A stretch of DNA of 64,000 bases. Origin: an uncultured virus (IMG/VR IMGVR_UViG_3300046096_000178). Taxonomy: Duplodnaviria; Heunggongvirae; Uroviricota; Caudoviricetes. The number at the start of each line of letters is the position of its first letter. Positions within the stretch are counted from its first letter, which is position 1. A model generated the notes under the pieces. That model did not search any database. It was not told where the DNA came from and worked only from the letters and a program-made list of their open reading frames with translations. Of the stretch, positions 36,839-45,896 are shown piece after piece. The stretch is taken from the IMG/VR virus record IMGVR_UViG_3300046096_000178; one strand, given 5' to 3'. Position numbers and translations under genes: made by a program.

Positions 36839-37146
36839 GATGTCATCCTCCGAAGGTGGTTAGCAATCGACTGGCCCAATGGGTCTTTTGCATGTTCTTC
36901 CAAGTAATCAGCGGCACGTTTTGCCATTGTGATCAGATCATCATCGCCCACCCATGTGTAGAGGTTGCTGCGCGAACCTGGCCGCCTGTCATAACCAACA
37001 AACTGCACATTTCCTGCGGCTATTTCTTTGCTTATTAAGTTTTGGGCAACACTGACACGGCATCCGACTTCACTTGCTAACTCCGATGGTGTCCAATCAT
37101 CGTCTCGCAATATCTGGCGCATCTTGTCTGATACAGTGACTTTCAT
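36835..37146 (-). CDS. Winged-helix DNA-binding protein
   Basis: WTPSELASEVGC.VS.A...I...G.V. Confidence 0.55.
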   Translation of the reverse strand: MKVTVSDKMRQILRDDDWTPSELASEVGCRVSVAQNLISKEIAAGNVQFVGYDRRPGSRSNLYTWVGDDDLITMAKRAADYLEEHAKDPLGQSIANHLRRMTS

Positions 37147-37646
37147 TTAATCGCGAGCCTAACGCCTTGCACCATACGTGCGCCGGAAATCTCTTTTCCT
37201 GCTTTCATAGCGGTCGCCAGTGCTTTCTTGTCCACACGTTCAGGCGGTGGATCTGGTGTCACCATGTATTCGGCTGGGATGCTTAATTGGTCATAAACAT
37301 CTACGCTTGCTGGGTTCTTTTGTATCTTCATGGTGAACAGTGGGCATTCAATGCGCTCGATTTGCATTCGTTGCATGTTGCTGAGAATGTATTCCCGCAA
37401 ACCTGTAGCAATCTTTGTTCTATGCGCTTTGAGAGCTTGTAAACGGGCAATCTCTGCGTCAATCGCTGCATGGTTCGCCTCTGCACTTCGGGCAACGTAT
37501 TCGATGTTTGCCGCTTTGGTGGCGATATCATCAGGCAAATTTGATGCTTCTAGCGTGTCAGCGATTGTGGTGCTGTCTAAATCAAGCTCTGCGAGTGTGT
37601 GGGCTAGTTCTAGGTACTGATTTGAAAGTAAAAATAAAGAGCTCAT
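37143..37646 (-). CDS. Siphovirus Gp157 family protein
   Basis: DTLE...K..N, EIARLQALK, QKNPASV, IPAEY, DKKAL...KAG.EI.GA motifs. Confidence 0.88.
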   Translation of the reverse strand: MSSLFLLSNQYLELAHTLAELDLDSTTIADTLEASNLPDDIATKAANIEYVARSAEANHAAIDAEIARLQALKAHRTKIATGLREYILSNMQRMQIERIECPLFTMKIQKNPASVDVYDQLSIPAEYMVTPDPPPERVDKKALATAMKAGKEISGARMVQGVRLAIK

Positions 37647-37864
37647 GTGGTTTCCTTTAGCAGTGCGCGGATGGCTTTGCCTGCACGTTGCCCATAAATT
37701 TTTACCCCAGTTGGTATGTGTGTATCACATACGGTTGCGTCTGCAACTTTCGCCGCCGCATCCAGCGTATCGCGCCGGAACTGGAGCATTTGCTCTTCGG
37801 TATAGCGTTTGATATGACACATCGGATACGGCATATAGCCGTCTGGTTCAGGTAGCTTGGTCAT
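37643..37864 (-). CDS. Hypothetical protein, paralog of 35226..35453
   Basis: Start ATG 37864 overlapping the upstream TGA. Confidence 0.7.
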   Translation of the reverse strand: MTKLPEPDGYMPYPMCHIKRYTEEQMLQFRRDTLDAAAKVADATVCDTHIPTGVKIYGQRAGKAIRALLKETT

Positions 37865-38010
37865 CACACTTGACTCCATGGTCCGACCATTTCACCAAGT
37901 TCACGTACTGAAATAATGACTTCATCGCCATCTTGCACAACATCAAGCGAAATTCTTGTGTGAAACTTTCTTGATGTTGTTGTGTTTTTGTAAGTGATTT
38001 CGTAGAGCAT
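37864..38010 (-). CDS. 48-aa hypothetical protein (not in the ORF track)
   Basis: AAAGGAAAC RBS and promoter motif upstream; MLYEITYKNTTTSRKFHTRISLDVVQDG... Confidence 0.6.
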   Translation of the reverse strand: MLYEITYKNTTTSRKFHTRISLDVVQDGDEVIISVRELGEMVGPWSQV

Positions 38011-38036
38011 ATCGTTTCCTTTGTTTGTGTGCTTAT

Positions 38037-38053
38037 AGTGTAATCTAATTTAC
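38037..38053 (-). promoter_or_regulatory. Early promoter/operator GTAA-N6-TTAC overlapping the -10 box
   Basis: GTAAATTAGATTACACT on the minus strand. Confidence 0.65.
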
Positions 38054-38241
38054 TATAGTTTTGTAAAAGATTTAGAAATAAATTAGCAGCTATTGCCAAC
38101 TTATTTTGGCTGCTCCTACATTGGTAAAAGTGGATTATTTGCAAACTTGTTTGCAAACTTGTTTGCCAAGTTAGATTGACACTGGTAGTGCGCTCCACCG
38201 GGATACCCCAGAGGCTACCAGTGCAAAAAATCAGTCAGTGG

Positions 38242-38862
38242 CTAGAAGGGAAAATCCTCTGCGTCACCCAAGAACTGATCATCAGGCATTGCAGCATGTG
38301 TGCGCTGTGCCATTGGTGCAGCCTTCAAAGGGTTGTGTTTTAGAGCTGCTACCATTTTGGGCAATGCTTCCGGAACAGTCTTACGGTCGAGAATCTCGCT
38401 CGCTGTCAGCTCTGTACTAGCTTGGAACACACCACGCAGCACCATGCGGCTACCAACACCGCCATCTTGCTTCAGATAGTCCTCAGTGCCCAACAAGAAG
38501 CCAATGGGTTTGCATAGCTCTGGGAAGATGCTTGCTTGTTTCTGCACGTCCTTCTTTTGGTCGTAGTCGTAAACCGTCACAGTGCCTTGTTTTGGCGACA
38601 AGCTGCGAAGCTGCAAGCAGGTCATTAAGGCTTGCAGCAAATAGAAGCCGCTTAGCTCTGTGCCGTTTGCTTTTGCAACGTAGATAGAAACCTTGGTTTT
38701 TTGGCCTGCATCGCTGGTGAAATAAAGGTTGAGACCTTTAGTGCCAGTCTTTGCTGTGATGTCCTCCGCTTGGGTGATGGCGCCTAGGTATTTGCCAAGC
38801 TCTTTGATTTGGTTGCCTTGCGTGTCAGCTTTTCGCGCTGCGTTTGGGTCGAGGTTATACAT
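38242..38862 (-). CDS. Putative single-stranded DNA-binding protein (DUF669-like)
   Basis: G.Y...IT.AE N-terminal strand, acidic EDFPF C-terminal tip, next to the Sak4-like ATPase. Confidence 0.7.
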   Translation of the reverse strand: MYNLDPNAARKADTQGNQIKELGKYLGAITQAEDITAKTGTKGLNLYFTSDAGQKTKVSIYVAKANGTELSGFYLLQALMTCLQLRSLSPKQGTVTVYDYDQKKDVQKQASIFPELCKPIGFLLGTEDYLKQDGGVGSRMVLRGVFQASTELTASEILDRKTVPEALPKMVAALKHNPLKAAPMAQRTHAAMPDDQFLGDAEDFPF

Positions 38863-38882
38863 GGTTGCTTTTTCCTTTTTGG

Positions 38883-39536
38883 TTAAGCAGTGGTTTGGGG
38901 AATTGAATAGAAGTCTTGAATATCTTGATCAACTTGCGCTAAGTCGTTATCAATGTGCAGGTCTTTGAATAGACCCATTGGACTTTTCGAGCAATCTTGC
39001 CCATTGGTCTGGGTGAGAAACTTGTAATTGCCGTTGGTGACTTCGGTGCGCAGGACGATAGTAAAGTAACCCTCTGGCACAATAGTGTTGTCAACCATAC
39101 GGCCAATTGTTTGCATTCGAATGTTTCCAAATTCGTCTGTCCTGGTGTGTGCCATGATATACACGCGCCGATGATCAGCAAGGTCGCCAGCAGCATTGAA
39201 GATGTTCCATGCCCCCTTGGCAACATCGTTGTATTTTGCATATCCAGTTTCTGCGCTTCTGTTTAATATCTCCGTCAGCATTACCGCCTGGTAATCATCA
39301 ATCACCACAATGTCGTGGGGTGACTTGCGCATGATTTTCTCAATCAGTACCGGGTCGCTGGTTTGGATTACGTTGCCATCGTCCTGCTTGCTTACCCGCT
39401 TTTTCCATCCGGCTGATTTGAATGGCAGGGGTTTCTTGATGCACTGGATTAGCAGTGTTTTGGTTGGGTCTAGGTTTCTCAGGCTTGTGGATTTACCACT
39501 TCCCGAAGAGCCTAGTATTAGTGCTGCAATGCTCAT
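38883..39536 (-). CDS. Sak4-like recombinase / AAA_24 P-loop ATPase
   Basis: GSSGSGKSTS Walker A, VVIDDYQ Walker B, KSPMGLF, IDNDL. Confidence 0.85.
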   Translation of the reverse strand: MSIAALILGSSGSGKSTSLRNLDPTKTLLIQCIKKPLPFKSAGWKKRVSKQDDGNVIQTSDPVLIEKIMRKSPHDIVVIDDYQAVMLTEILNRSAETGYAKYNDVAKGAWNIFNAAGDLADHRRVYIMAHTRTDEFGNIRMQTIGRMVDNTIVPEGYFTIVLRTEVTNGNYKFLTQTNGQDCSKSPMGLFKDLHIDNDLAQVDQDIQDFYSIPQTTA

Positions 39537-39561
39537 AAGTTTCCTTGTTTGTTGAGTTTCA

Positions 39562-39578
39562 ATTGTAATCGCTTTTAC
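39562..39578 (-). promoter_or_regulatory. Early promoter/operator GTAA-N6-TTAC
   Basis: GTAAAAGCGATTACAAT on the minus strand, TTGCAA upstream, AAGGAAAC RBS downstream. Confidence 0.7.
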
Positions 39579-39723
39579 TGTGTTTTTTGCAATTCTTTTA
39601 CATTTATTTCACTCATATCGTTTGGGTCTGGCGGGTATGGCACATCAAGCAGCTTGCACAGCTCTTGCATCAGGCGGTAGGCTGTGTCGGATGCCATGCC
39701 AATCGAAAAGAGGTCGGATTGGT

Positions 39724-39924
39724 TCATTTGTTTTTTATCCTCTGTTGCAATGACTGCCTAGGCATTTTTTTTAACCCGGCCACTTCTTTTTTTAGCTCTG
39801 CGATTTCAGCATCCATTCCCTGCAATCTATTGCGTAGTGCATCAAAAATTGTCGTCATTGCAGCATCGAGTGCTTGTACATCGGATTGCGTCAATCCTGT
39901 TGGCGTTCTGTTGAATAGGCTCAC
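39724..39924 (-). CDS. Small coiled-coil hypothetical protein
   Basis: GGAGG RBS. Confidence 0.55.
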   Translation of the reverse strand: MSLFNRTPTGLTQSDVQALDAAMTTIFDALRNRLQGMDAEIAELKKEVAGLKKMPRQSLQQRIKNK

Positions 39925-40015
39925 ATCGTCCTCCGCATCGTTTCCAATGCTCGCACAATGGAGCGGTATGGTGTGTGGCCATGGTTACGGTACATAAAAA
40001 ATAATCGAATGAAAG

Positions 40016-40519
40016 TCACTTGTCACCTCCAATATGGTGGGCGCGCTCGATTGCTCGGGCAAAAGCATTTTCAAAATCACGCCCATGGTGCCCCATGTTG
40101 TATTCGCTGATATATATTTCTTGTATCTGATCATTACTCAAAGGCCCCCGTACTGGCTGCGTCTGTTCATCTTCTCCATGCCACCAGCCAACCATGCCAC
40201 CGTATGTGATAAATCCACGCCTCCATGTTGCGCCATCCTGCTCACGCTGGAAAGAAACGCCGTTGATTTTGTAGCCTTGTGCCAGCAAATCATCTAGCTT
40301 GCGCTTTGGTAGTCCTGTGAACTCTGGCTCTATTATTGGCTGAGCTTTGTTACCCTCATTGATGAGGGAGACATACGGCTGCGCTAGTGCTTCCGTCAGT
40401 GCTTTGAGTAAGTTTTCTCGATACCACAACGACGATCCTTCGCCTGTTAAGTAGTCGCTGCACTCTGCATCGGCGTATGAGTCAGCCAGCGCCATTAGTG
40501 CATCTACTGTGTTGGTCAT
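40016..40519 (-). CDS. Hypothetical mosaic early protein
   Basis: AGGAG RBS; C-terminal PLS.DQI...FARAIERAH.IG motif common in phage early genes. Confidence 0.65.
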   Translation of the reverse strand: MTNTVDALMALADSYADAECSDYLTGEGSSLWYRENLLKALTEALAQPYVSLINEGNKAQPIIEPEFTGLPKRKLDDLLAQGYKINGVSFQREQDGATWRRGFITYGGMVGWWHGEDEQTQPVRGPLSNDQIQEIYISEYNMGHHGRDFENAFARAIERAHHIGGDK

Positions 40520-40713
40520 GCTTGGCTCCTGTATCCGTCTCGCATTGCTGGATTTATTCCACCTTCACCTGTTGGTTTTGTCCATTTAGTTCCACTTGGA
40601 GCACTAGATAGGCGAATTGCGCCACACTGGTAACACCACATCCAATAACCTCCGGCAATAAACCACATAGATCGTTCGTGGCGATGGCGTTTAACTTTGA
40701 TTGCTTCCATCAC
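40516..40713 (-). CDS. Small zinc-ribbon-like protein
   Basis: HxH...WCYQCGAI. Confidence 0.5.
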   Translation of the reverse strand: MMEAIKVKRHRHERSMWFIAGGYWMWCYQCGAIRLSSAPSGTKWTKPTGEGGINPAMRDGYRSQA

Positions 40714-40910
40714 ACCACCCCCGCCAACAATACAGCTGTACCCACCACAGCTATGGCAATGATGATTAAGTCAGTTAGCAAGAATGGCGGCTCTTGTTCG
40801 ATTGGCTCGCCCAGGTGATTGAAGTGCGTGCGGTATGCGTTGGGCTGGCAGTCGCATGGAAGCCTGCCTTGGTTGCAATTTCCGCCACAACCGTTAGTTT
40901 TTATTTGCAT
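40710..40910 (-). CDS. Small membrane protein with N-terminal Cys cluster
   Basis: AAAGGAAAC RBS, ATG 40910; CGGNCNQGRLPCDC; C-terminal TM helix. Confidence 0.6.
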   Translation of the reverse strand: MQIKTNGCGGNCNQGRLPCDCQPNAYRTHFNHLGEPIEQEPPFLLTDLIIIAIAVVGTAVLLAGVV

Positions 40911-41677
40911 GGTGTTTCCTTTGGTGGTGAAGGTAATTTCATCCAGTGGGTTGGCTGTGTTTTTGGGTTGCCACATGCGTAGCCGTCATACTCCCAACGT
41001 GGTGGCTCTGCTAGTGAGTACCAATGCCCATAGCAGGTCTGCCCTTCTGCGGCTAACAGTACGCGACCAGAAGGTTTAGGCGCACTCTCAATAGGCAACC
41101 ATCCTGCTGGCACTGCTTGTGGTGCTGATACCAGCTTCACAGGTTTTCCGCAGTGGTGGCAGTAACTGACGCGGTTCTCCTTTGGCCCACCGTCGATAAA
41201 TGACCAAAGTTCACCACAGCTACTGTGATACGTGTCTCCCATTTCAAAGTCCGGGTCTTGCGTCCACTCACATACTGCTGTCACCTTTGGCGCTGGTGGA
41301 TAGTTACTTGCGCTGCAATGGATGCACTCATAAAGCAAGTCAGGTGCTTTGCAGTCTGGGCAGGATGGTTCTGTTGGCACTGCTTGCGGTGCTTTTGGTT
41401 TTTCAAAGCAGTACACTTTTTCTAAGTGCGCATATTTTGCGTGAGGCGACACAATGATCTGCTGGCCGTGGAGAAGCGACACGTCAGTGACGCGCACGCA
41501 GTCAGCAAAAATGACAATAGGCCGTGCTGGGTCGCTCATGCCATTCACAGCTTTTTCAAGCTCCGCAGCGTAGGCGATGATGACACCCATGCGCTCAACC
41601 CGATGCAGGTACTGGCGCGAGGTGTAAAGGCCAAGTGAATTTAGCAACTCAACGAGTCTCTTTTTAATCGCGCTCAT
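40901..41677 (-). CDS. Mosaic protein with Zn-finger segments and C-terminal DUF551-like domain
   Basis: CxxC pairs; WLPIESAPK...PTHWMKLP.PP. Confidence 0.7.
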   Translation of the reverse strand: MSAIKKRLVELLNSLGLYTSRQYLHRVERMGVIIAYAAELEKAVNGMSDPARPIVIFADCVRVTDVSLLHGQQIIVSPHAKYAHLEKVYCFEKPKAPQAVPTEPSCPDCKAPDLLYECIHCSASNYPPAPKVTAVCEWTQDPDFEMGDTYHSSCGELWSFIDGGPKENRVSYCHHCGKPVKLVSAPQAVPAGWLPIESAPKPSGRVLLAAEGQTCYGHWYSLAEPPRWEYDGYACGNPKTQPTHWMKLPSPPKETPCK

Positions 41678-42093
41678 GCTTCACCGCCTTCCAAGTCAGC
41701 ATCACGCCTGGCTTCCCATTGCTGCTCTGCGCGGTCGTATTCAGCTTGCTTGCGCTGGATGTATGCGTGGTCTGTGCAATGCTCTTCAATCTGCGTCATT
41801 ACTTTGGAGTCTGCTACCAGGTTGAGAATGTCCATACCGTTGGCGAAGATGCCCAGAATGTCATTCAATCCTTCGAGGTCAGCATCGTAGTGAATCACCA
41901 GATCGGCGCCTGAGTTGGTTCGGAATGTTGTCTCTGTGCCGTTGGTAGTTGGGGTGTATTGACTTAGCTGATGGCACAGCATGGTTACTTCAGCTTGAAG
42001 ACAGCCAACGTGATAAGAGAGCCGTGACAGTTGGTCGTGGCTACATTTAGCAGCAGCGTCTTCAGCGCGTTTGATGATTTGTTTGGCGTTCAT
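41674..42093 (-). CDS. First gene of the leftward operon, hypothetical
   Basis: AAGGAAAC RBS and TACAAT promoter upstream; no HTH or S24 signature seen. Confidence 0.7.
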   Translation of the reverse strand: MNAKQIIKRAEDAAAKCSHDQLSRLSYHVGCLQAEVTMLCHQLSQYTPTTNGTETTFRTNSGADLVIHYDADLEGLNDILGIFANGMDILNLVADSKVMTQIEEHCTDHAYIQRKQAEYDRAEQQWEARRDADLEGGEA

Positions 42094-42251
42094 TCGTTTC
42101 CTTAGTTGTGTTGCGGCGTGGTAATTGTAAAGCCTTTTTCATGGCCGAGCACATAAATTTTACAAAAAAAGTAAAAATAATTTTCATACGGCAATGGCAA
42201 TGGCTAGTAATTTGGTTTACAATGGCGCTGTCACTAACTTAAAGGATTCAC
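42094..42251. promoter_or_regulatory. Divergent early promoter region with operator-like palindromes
   Basis: GAAAAAGGCTTTACAAT (-, 42124-42140) and GTAATTTGGTTTACAAT (+, 42207-42223). Confidence 0.75.
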
Positions 42252-42455
42252 ATGACGATGACAAAACAGGAAGCGGTAGACTTGCTAGGCGGAACACCAA
42301 AACTTGCAGCTAAGGCACTTGAGTACACGGTAGTCCAAACCGTCTATTCGTGGCCTGACATTCTCACGACAGCCTTGGAAGATCGTGTCCGTGGAGCAGC
42401 CTCACGATTGAAACTTAAGCCAAAAAAGCTCCCAGCGCCCACCCAGTCTGAATAA
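42252..42455 (+). CDS. cro: Cro-like regulator
   Basis: MTKQEAVDLLGG....AAKAL......VYSWP Cro-type HTH; first rightward gene. Confidence 0.75.
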   Translation: MTMTKQEAVDLLGGTPKLAAKALEYTVVQTVYSWPDILTTALEDRVRGAASRLKLKPKKLPAPTQSE

Positions 42456-42490
42456 GCAGCTACACATTTAATAGCAACAAAGGAAACAAA

Positions 42491-42832
42491 ATGAAACTTA
42501 CACCAACAAAGCGAAACATGCTCACCAGCGTTGCATCTTCACCGCGACGCGCTGCGTTTTTCAATAAAGCAAGCGGATTCTCACTAAGCCAAGAGCGCGT
42601 TACAGAGCTACTTGCCGAACTGGTGGAGTCATGCTTGCTGTACGAAGCCGAAGCCGCATTCCACATCACTAAGCTAGGACGTAGCCATCTTGACCTTGGA
42701 AACGTGGCCGCTACCAAAGAAGCCAAAAAAGCATACGAGCCCTACAAGGTGGGCATGTGCGACCCGTTCAATCAACCGCGGCGCCCTAACTCTGACCACT
42801 CGCACCTACGCAGCGTGGGTTACTTATGCTAA
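42491..42832 (+). CDS. Winged-helix-like hypothetical protein
   Basis: AAGGAAAC RBS; L.ELVE..LL......ITKLGR. Confidence 0.6.
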   Translation: MKLTPTKRNMLTSVASSPRRAAFFNKASGFSLSQERVTELLAELVESCLLYEAEAAFHITKLGRSHLDLGNVAATKEAKKAYEPYKVGMCDPFNQPRRPNSDHSHLRSVGYLC

Positions 42833-42999
42833 AGCAAAAACAAAAGAGCGCCTTTAATTGGCAAGGGCCATCTACATTGATAGACAAGATGGGCCGCATT
42901 AAATCCAAACGCCAAATGCTGCTAGATGCTGTACGGGTAAACCCAGAGCAGCACTCTTGCACATCTAATCAGACTAAATCGAAGGTAGCACCACGATGA
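42826..42999 (+). CDS. 57-aa hypothetical protein (not in the ORF track)
   Basis: MLKQKQKSAFNWQGPS...; overlaps both neighbours. Confidence 0.45.
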   Translation: MLKQKQKSAFNWQGPSTLIDKMGRIKSKRQMLLDAVRVNPEQHSCTSNQTKSKVAPR

Positions 43000-43637
43000 A
43001 AATCGTAACTATTGGAGACGCTACGCTGTATTTGGCGGATTGTTTGGAAGTGCTGCCAACGCTGCCAAAGGTGGATGCTGTAATCACTGACCCTCCATAT
43101 GGGATTGGCATTGCAAAGAATCCCGTGCGCCAGATGCATGAAAAGATGGATTGGGACGCATCGGTACCTGAAACATCATTGATTGATGCCTGCATTGCTC
43201 TTGGAGAAGTTGCCTTGCTTTGGGGTGGCAATTACTTTGATTTGCCTCCTTCGCAGTGTTTTTTTGTGTGGGACAAGATGCAGCCGCAGGACTTCTCATT
43301 GGCGATGTGTGAGCAGGCATGGACTAACAAAAAAGGACCCGCCAAGATTTATAAGCAATCGGTGCTTTCTTACCGTAAAGAGCATCCAACACAAAAGCCA
43401 GTTGAGTTGATGGCTTGGTGTATTGAGCAGCTAGGCAACCCTAAAACCATCCTAGACCCATTCATGGGCAGCGGCACAACAGGTGTTGCCGCCATCCAGC
43501 TAGGCCGCTCATTCATTGGCATAGAACGCGAAGAGAGATACTTCAATATCGCCTGCGAAAGAATTACCCAAGCCGTGGCGCAAGGGCAGTTATTTGAACC
43601 CGTGAAACAAAAACACATACAAGAGGCGCTACTGTGA
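42996..43637 (+). CDS. DNA N6-adenine/N4-cytosine methyltransferase (beta class)
   Basis: TDPPY, HPTQKP, LDPFMGSGTT. Confidence 0.93.
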   Translation: MKIVTIGDATLYLADCLEVLPTLPKVDAVITDPPYGIGIAKNPVRQMHEKMDWDASVPETSLIDACIALGEVALLWGGNYFDLPPSQCFFVWDKMQPQDFSLAMCEQAWTNKKGPAKIYKQSVLSYRKEHPTQKPVELMAWCIEQLGNPKTILDPFMGSGTTGVAAIQLGRSFIGIEREERYFNIACERITQAVAQGQLFEPVKQKHIQEALL

Positions 43638-45244
43638 CCGAACTAGCACACACCGAGCTAGTAGACGAAACGGCTCAATTCTTTGCACCAGTCTCTGCCG
43701 ATATTTTTACCGAGCTACTAGGCCAATATCAATCCATGAGAAAACGGATTGAAGCCATTGGCAACATGATCGACGTAGAGAATGAATCCGCGCTGGAATA
43801 CTTCTTATCTGGCAACAGTGACGATAGCGGACACTTCAGACCTTCAGTGAAAAAGCTGTTTGAGGTATCTGGAGCTGTAGCAAGTCTTAATGCTTCCTAT
43901 TGGTCAAAGACCCTCGCACTGACTGACGTGCTGGACATGATGCCGCAAAAGCGCCGGGACGAATGGAACAAGACCATTCGAGATATGACAGCGCCCGACT
44001 TTGTAGAGGCAACGGTGCGCCCGACCATCACGGAAATGATGAACATGCGCGCCCAGTTTCTCGCCGAGCGGGTAGACGGGATATTCAGGGGATTGTCTGG
44101 CGACCACGTAACCAACGCACCCGAAGGGTTTGGCAAGCGGATGATCATTGCCCGAGTTTTGAATGCTTACGACTCTGCGGATCACAGTACATGCGGGTTA
44201 ATCAATGACCTGCGGTGTGTGGTGGCTAAATTCATGGGACGCAAAGAACCAGGCTGGCATGCAACGTCTGACCTAATCCCGATTCTTAGGCGTAGGTGGG
44301 GCCAGTGGGTGACGTTGGACGGTGGGTCTATGAAGATCAAGTTATTCAAGAAGGGAACCGCCCACATGGAGATCCACCCGGATATGTCGTGGCGCTTGAA
44401 TGCAATTCTTGCAAGCATGCACCCCAGAGCAATCCCGGCACAGTTTCGCCAAAAGCCTAAAAAGCAGATCAAAGAGTTTGAACTTATCGGCAGACCGCTA
44501 CCATTTAACGTGTTGGCCTTGTTGGGTGGTATGAGAATCGCTACACGTATCGTAGGAAACGGCTACCCTACAAAGTACGTCAACATCGAAAACGCTCGGA
44601 AGTTTGACAGCGGCAGACACGTTGGTGGAGTAGAGGAAGCAACCAAGGTACTTGAGTCAATCGGCGCGGTACTGATGGAGCGTGGGTCTAATCCATACTT
44701 TCAATTTGACTACGACCCGACCGAAGTGTTGGATGATATTGTTGCCTCTGGGTGTATTCCTGACAAACAATCGCACCAATATTACGCAACCCCTGAAAAT
44801 CTGGCACGCATCGCGGTTGAGTGGGCTGACATTGGTGACGATGATCAATGCTTAGAACCCAGCGCAGGACAAGGCGGCATTGCTCAATTCATGCCACAGG
44901 ATAGAACTACATGTGTGGAAATATCCGAACTGCATTGCACCATCTTGAAGGCCAAAGGGTTTAACGTAGTCAACGCTGACTTTCTACCGTGGGCTATTAC
45001 GGCTGGCAGGTACTCAAAGATCATTTTAAATCCTCCATTTGAAGGCGGTAGGGCGCGACTGCATACCGAGTACGCCATAGGCCTATTAAAGCCCGGTGGC
45101 GTGGTTGTAGCCATCCTGCCAGCGTCCAACAAGGGTAAAGACTTTGACGGAGTGCAGTGCGAATGGTCAACAATTTATGAGAATGAGTTTGCAGGCACAG
45201 GCGTAAACGTGGTGATGCTTAAGGCAACCAAGAAATCTATTTAA
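43634..45244 (+). CDS. DUF4942-like domain fused to an amino-methyltransferase
   Basis: N-terminal ERVDGIFR.LS..H.TN.P.GFGKRMI and FKKGTAH; C-terminal YYATP, LEPSAG.G, NPPF. Confidence 0.85.
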   Translation: MTELAHTELVDETAQFFAPVSADIFTELLGQYQSMRKRIEAIGNMIDVENESALEYFLSGNSDDSGHFRPSVKKLFEVSGAVASLNASYWSKTLALTDVLDMMPQKRRDEWNKTIRDMTAPDFVEATVRPTITEMMNMRAQFLAERVDGIFRGLSGDHVTNAPEGFGKRMIIARVLNAYDSADHSTCGLINDLRCVVAKFMGRKEPGWHATSDLIPILRRRWGQWVTLDGGSMKIKLFKKGTAHMEIHPDMSWRLNAILASMHPRAIPAQFRQKPKKQIKEFELIGRPLPFNVLALLGGMRIATRIVGNGYPTKYVNIENARKFDSGRHVGGVEEATKVLESIGAVLMERGSNPYFQFDYDPTEVLDDIVASGCIPDKQSHQYYATPENLARIAVEWADIGDDDQCLEPSAGQGGIAQFMPQDRTTCVEISELHCTILKAKGFNVVNADFLPWAITAGRYSKIILNPPFEGGRARLHTEYAIGLLKPGGVVVAILPASNKGKDFDGVQCEWSTIYENEFAGTGVNVVMLKATKKSI

Positions 45245-45258
45245 CAACAGGAGACACT

Positions 45259-45747
45259 ATGTCCAAAACCCTAAAAGTAAAGCGCGTTCACGACAACGCC
45301 ATTATTCCAAAGTACCAAACCGAAGGCGCGTGTTGCTTCGATTTGCACGCTGCCACGGTGGCCGGAATGGCCCATATCGGCTCAAACCTACACCCAGGCC
45401 ACCCTATCACCTGCGGGACTGGTTTAGCCTTTGAGATACCCGAAGGCTACGTGATGCTGGTTTACAGCCGATCAGGGCATGGCTTCAAGCATCAGGTGAG
45501 ATTGTCCAATGCTGTGGGCGTGGTGGACAATGATTTTACAGGTCAAGTAATGGTGCAATTGGTAAGTGACGAGCGTGATGAAGACCTAGGCCATGTGCCG
45601 TTCTTTGTACGCCCTGGAGACCGAATAGCACAGGCCATGCTGATACCGGTTGACCAATGGGCTATCGAAGAAACTAGCGAGCTAAAAGAAACCGAGCGCG
45701 GTGATAAAGGCTTCGGTAGTACGGACAATCAGTCGCCTTTGTTGTAA
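45259..45747 (+). CDS. dut: Trimeric dUTPase
   Basis: FDL, SRSG, GVVDNDFTG, RIAQ, RGDKGFGST motifs I-V. Confidence 0.95.
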   Translation: MSKTLKVKRVHDNAIIPKYQTEGACCFDLHAATVAGMAHIGSNLHPGHPITCGTGLAFEIPEGYVMLVYSRSGHGFKHQVRLSNAVGVVDNDFTGQVMVQLVSDERDEDLGHVPFFVRPGDRIAQAMLIPVDQWAIEETSELKETERGDKGFGSTDNQSPLL

Positions 45748-45789
45748 AAAATAGCACTACCCCTGAGAGATTGGGGGTAGAATATGCGC

Positions 45790-45896
45790 TGAGAGTTTCG
45801 ACATTCCCTGAATCAGAGGGTTAAAAAGTCAAAGCTCTCAAGGCCTACCGCCTGTAGTTCCGTGCTGATTCCACGGGGTTGCAGGCGGTTTTTTTT
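45790..45896 (+). ncRNA. Putative antisense/attenuator RNA leader of the Rha-antirepressor gene
   Basis: Hairpin loop GAATCAG is the exact complement of loop CTGATTC of a downstream 18-bp terminator stem with a T8 tract. Confidence 0.65.

Noticed and set aside
37848..38198. 116-aa minus-strand ORF
   Set aside because: Runs through promoter and repeat DNA; the 48-aa ORF 37864..38010 in another frame has the RBS and coupling.
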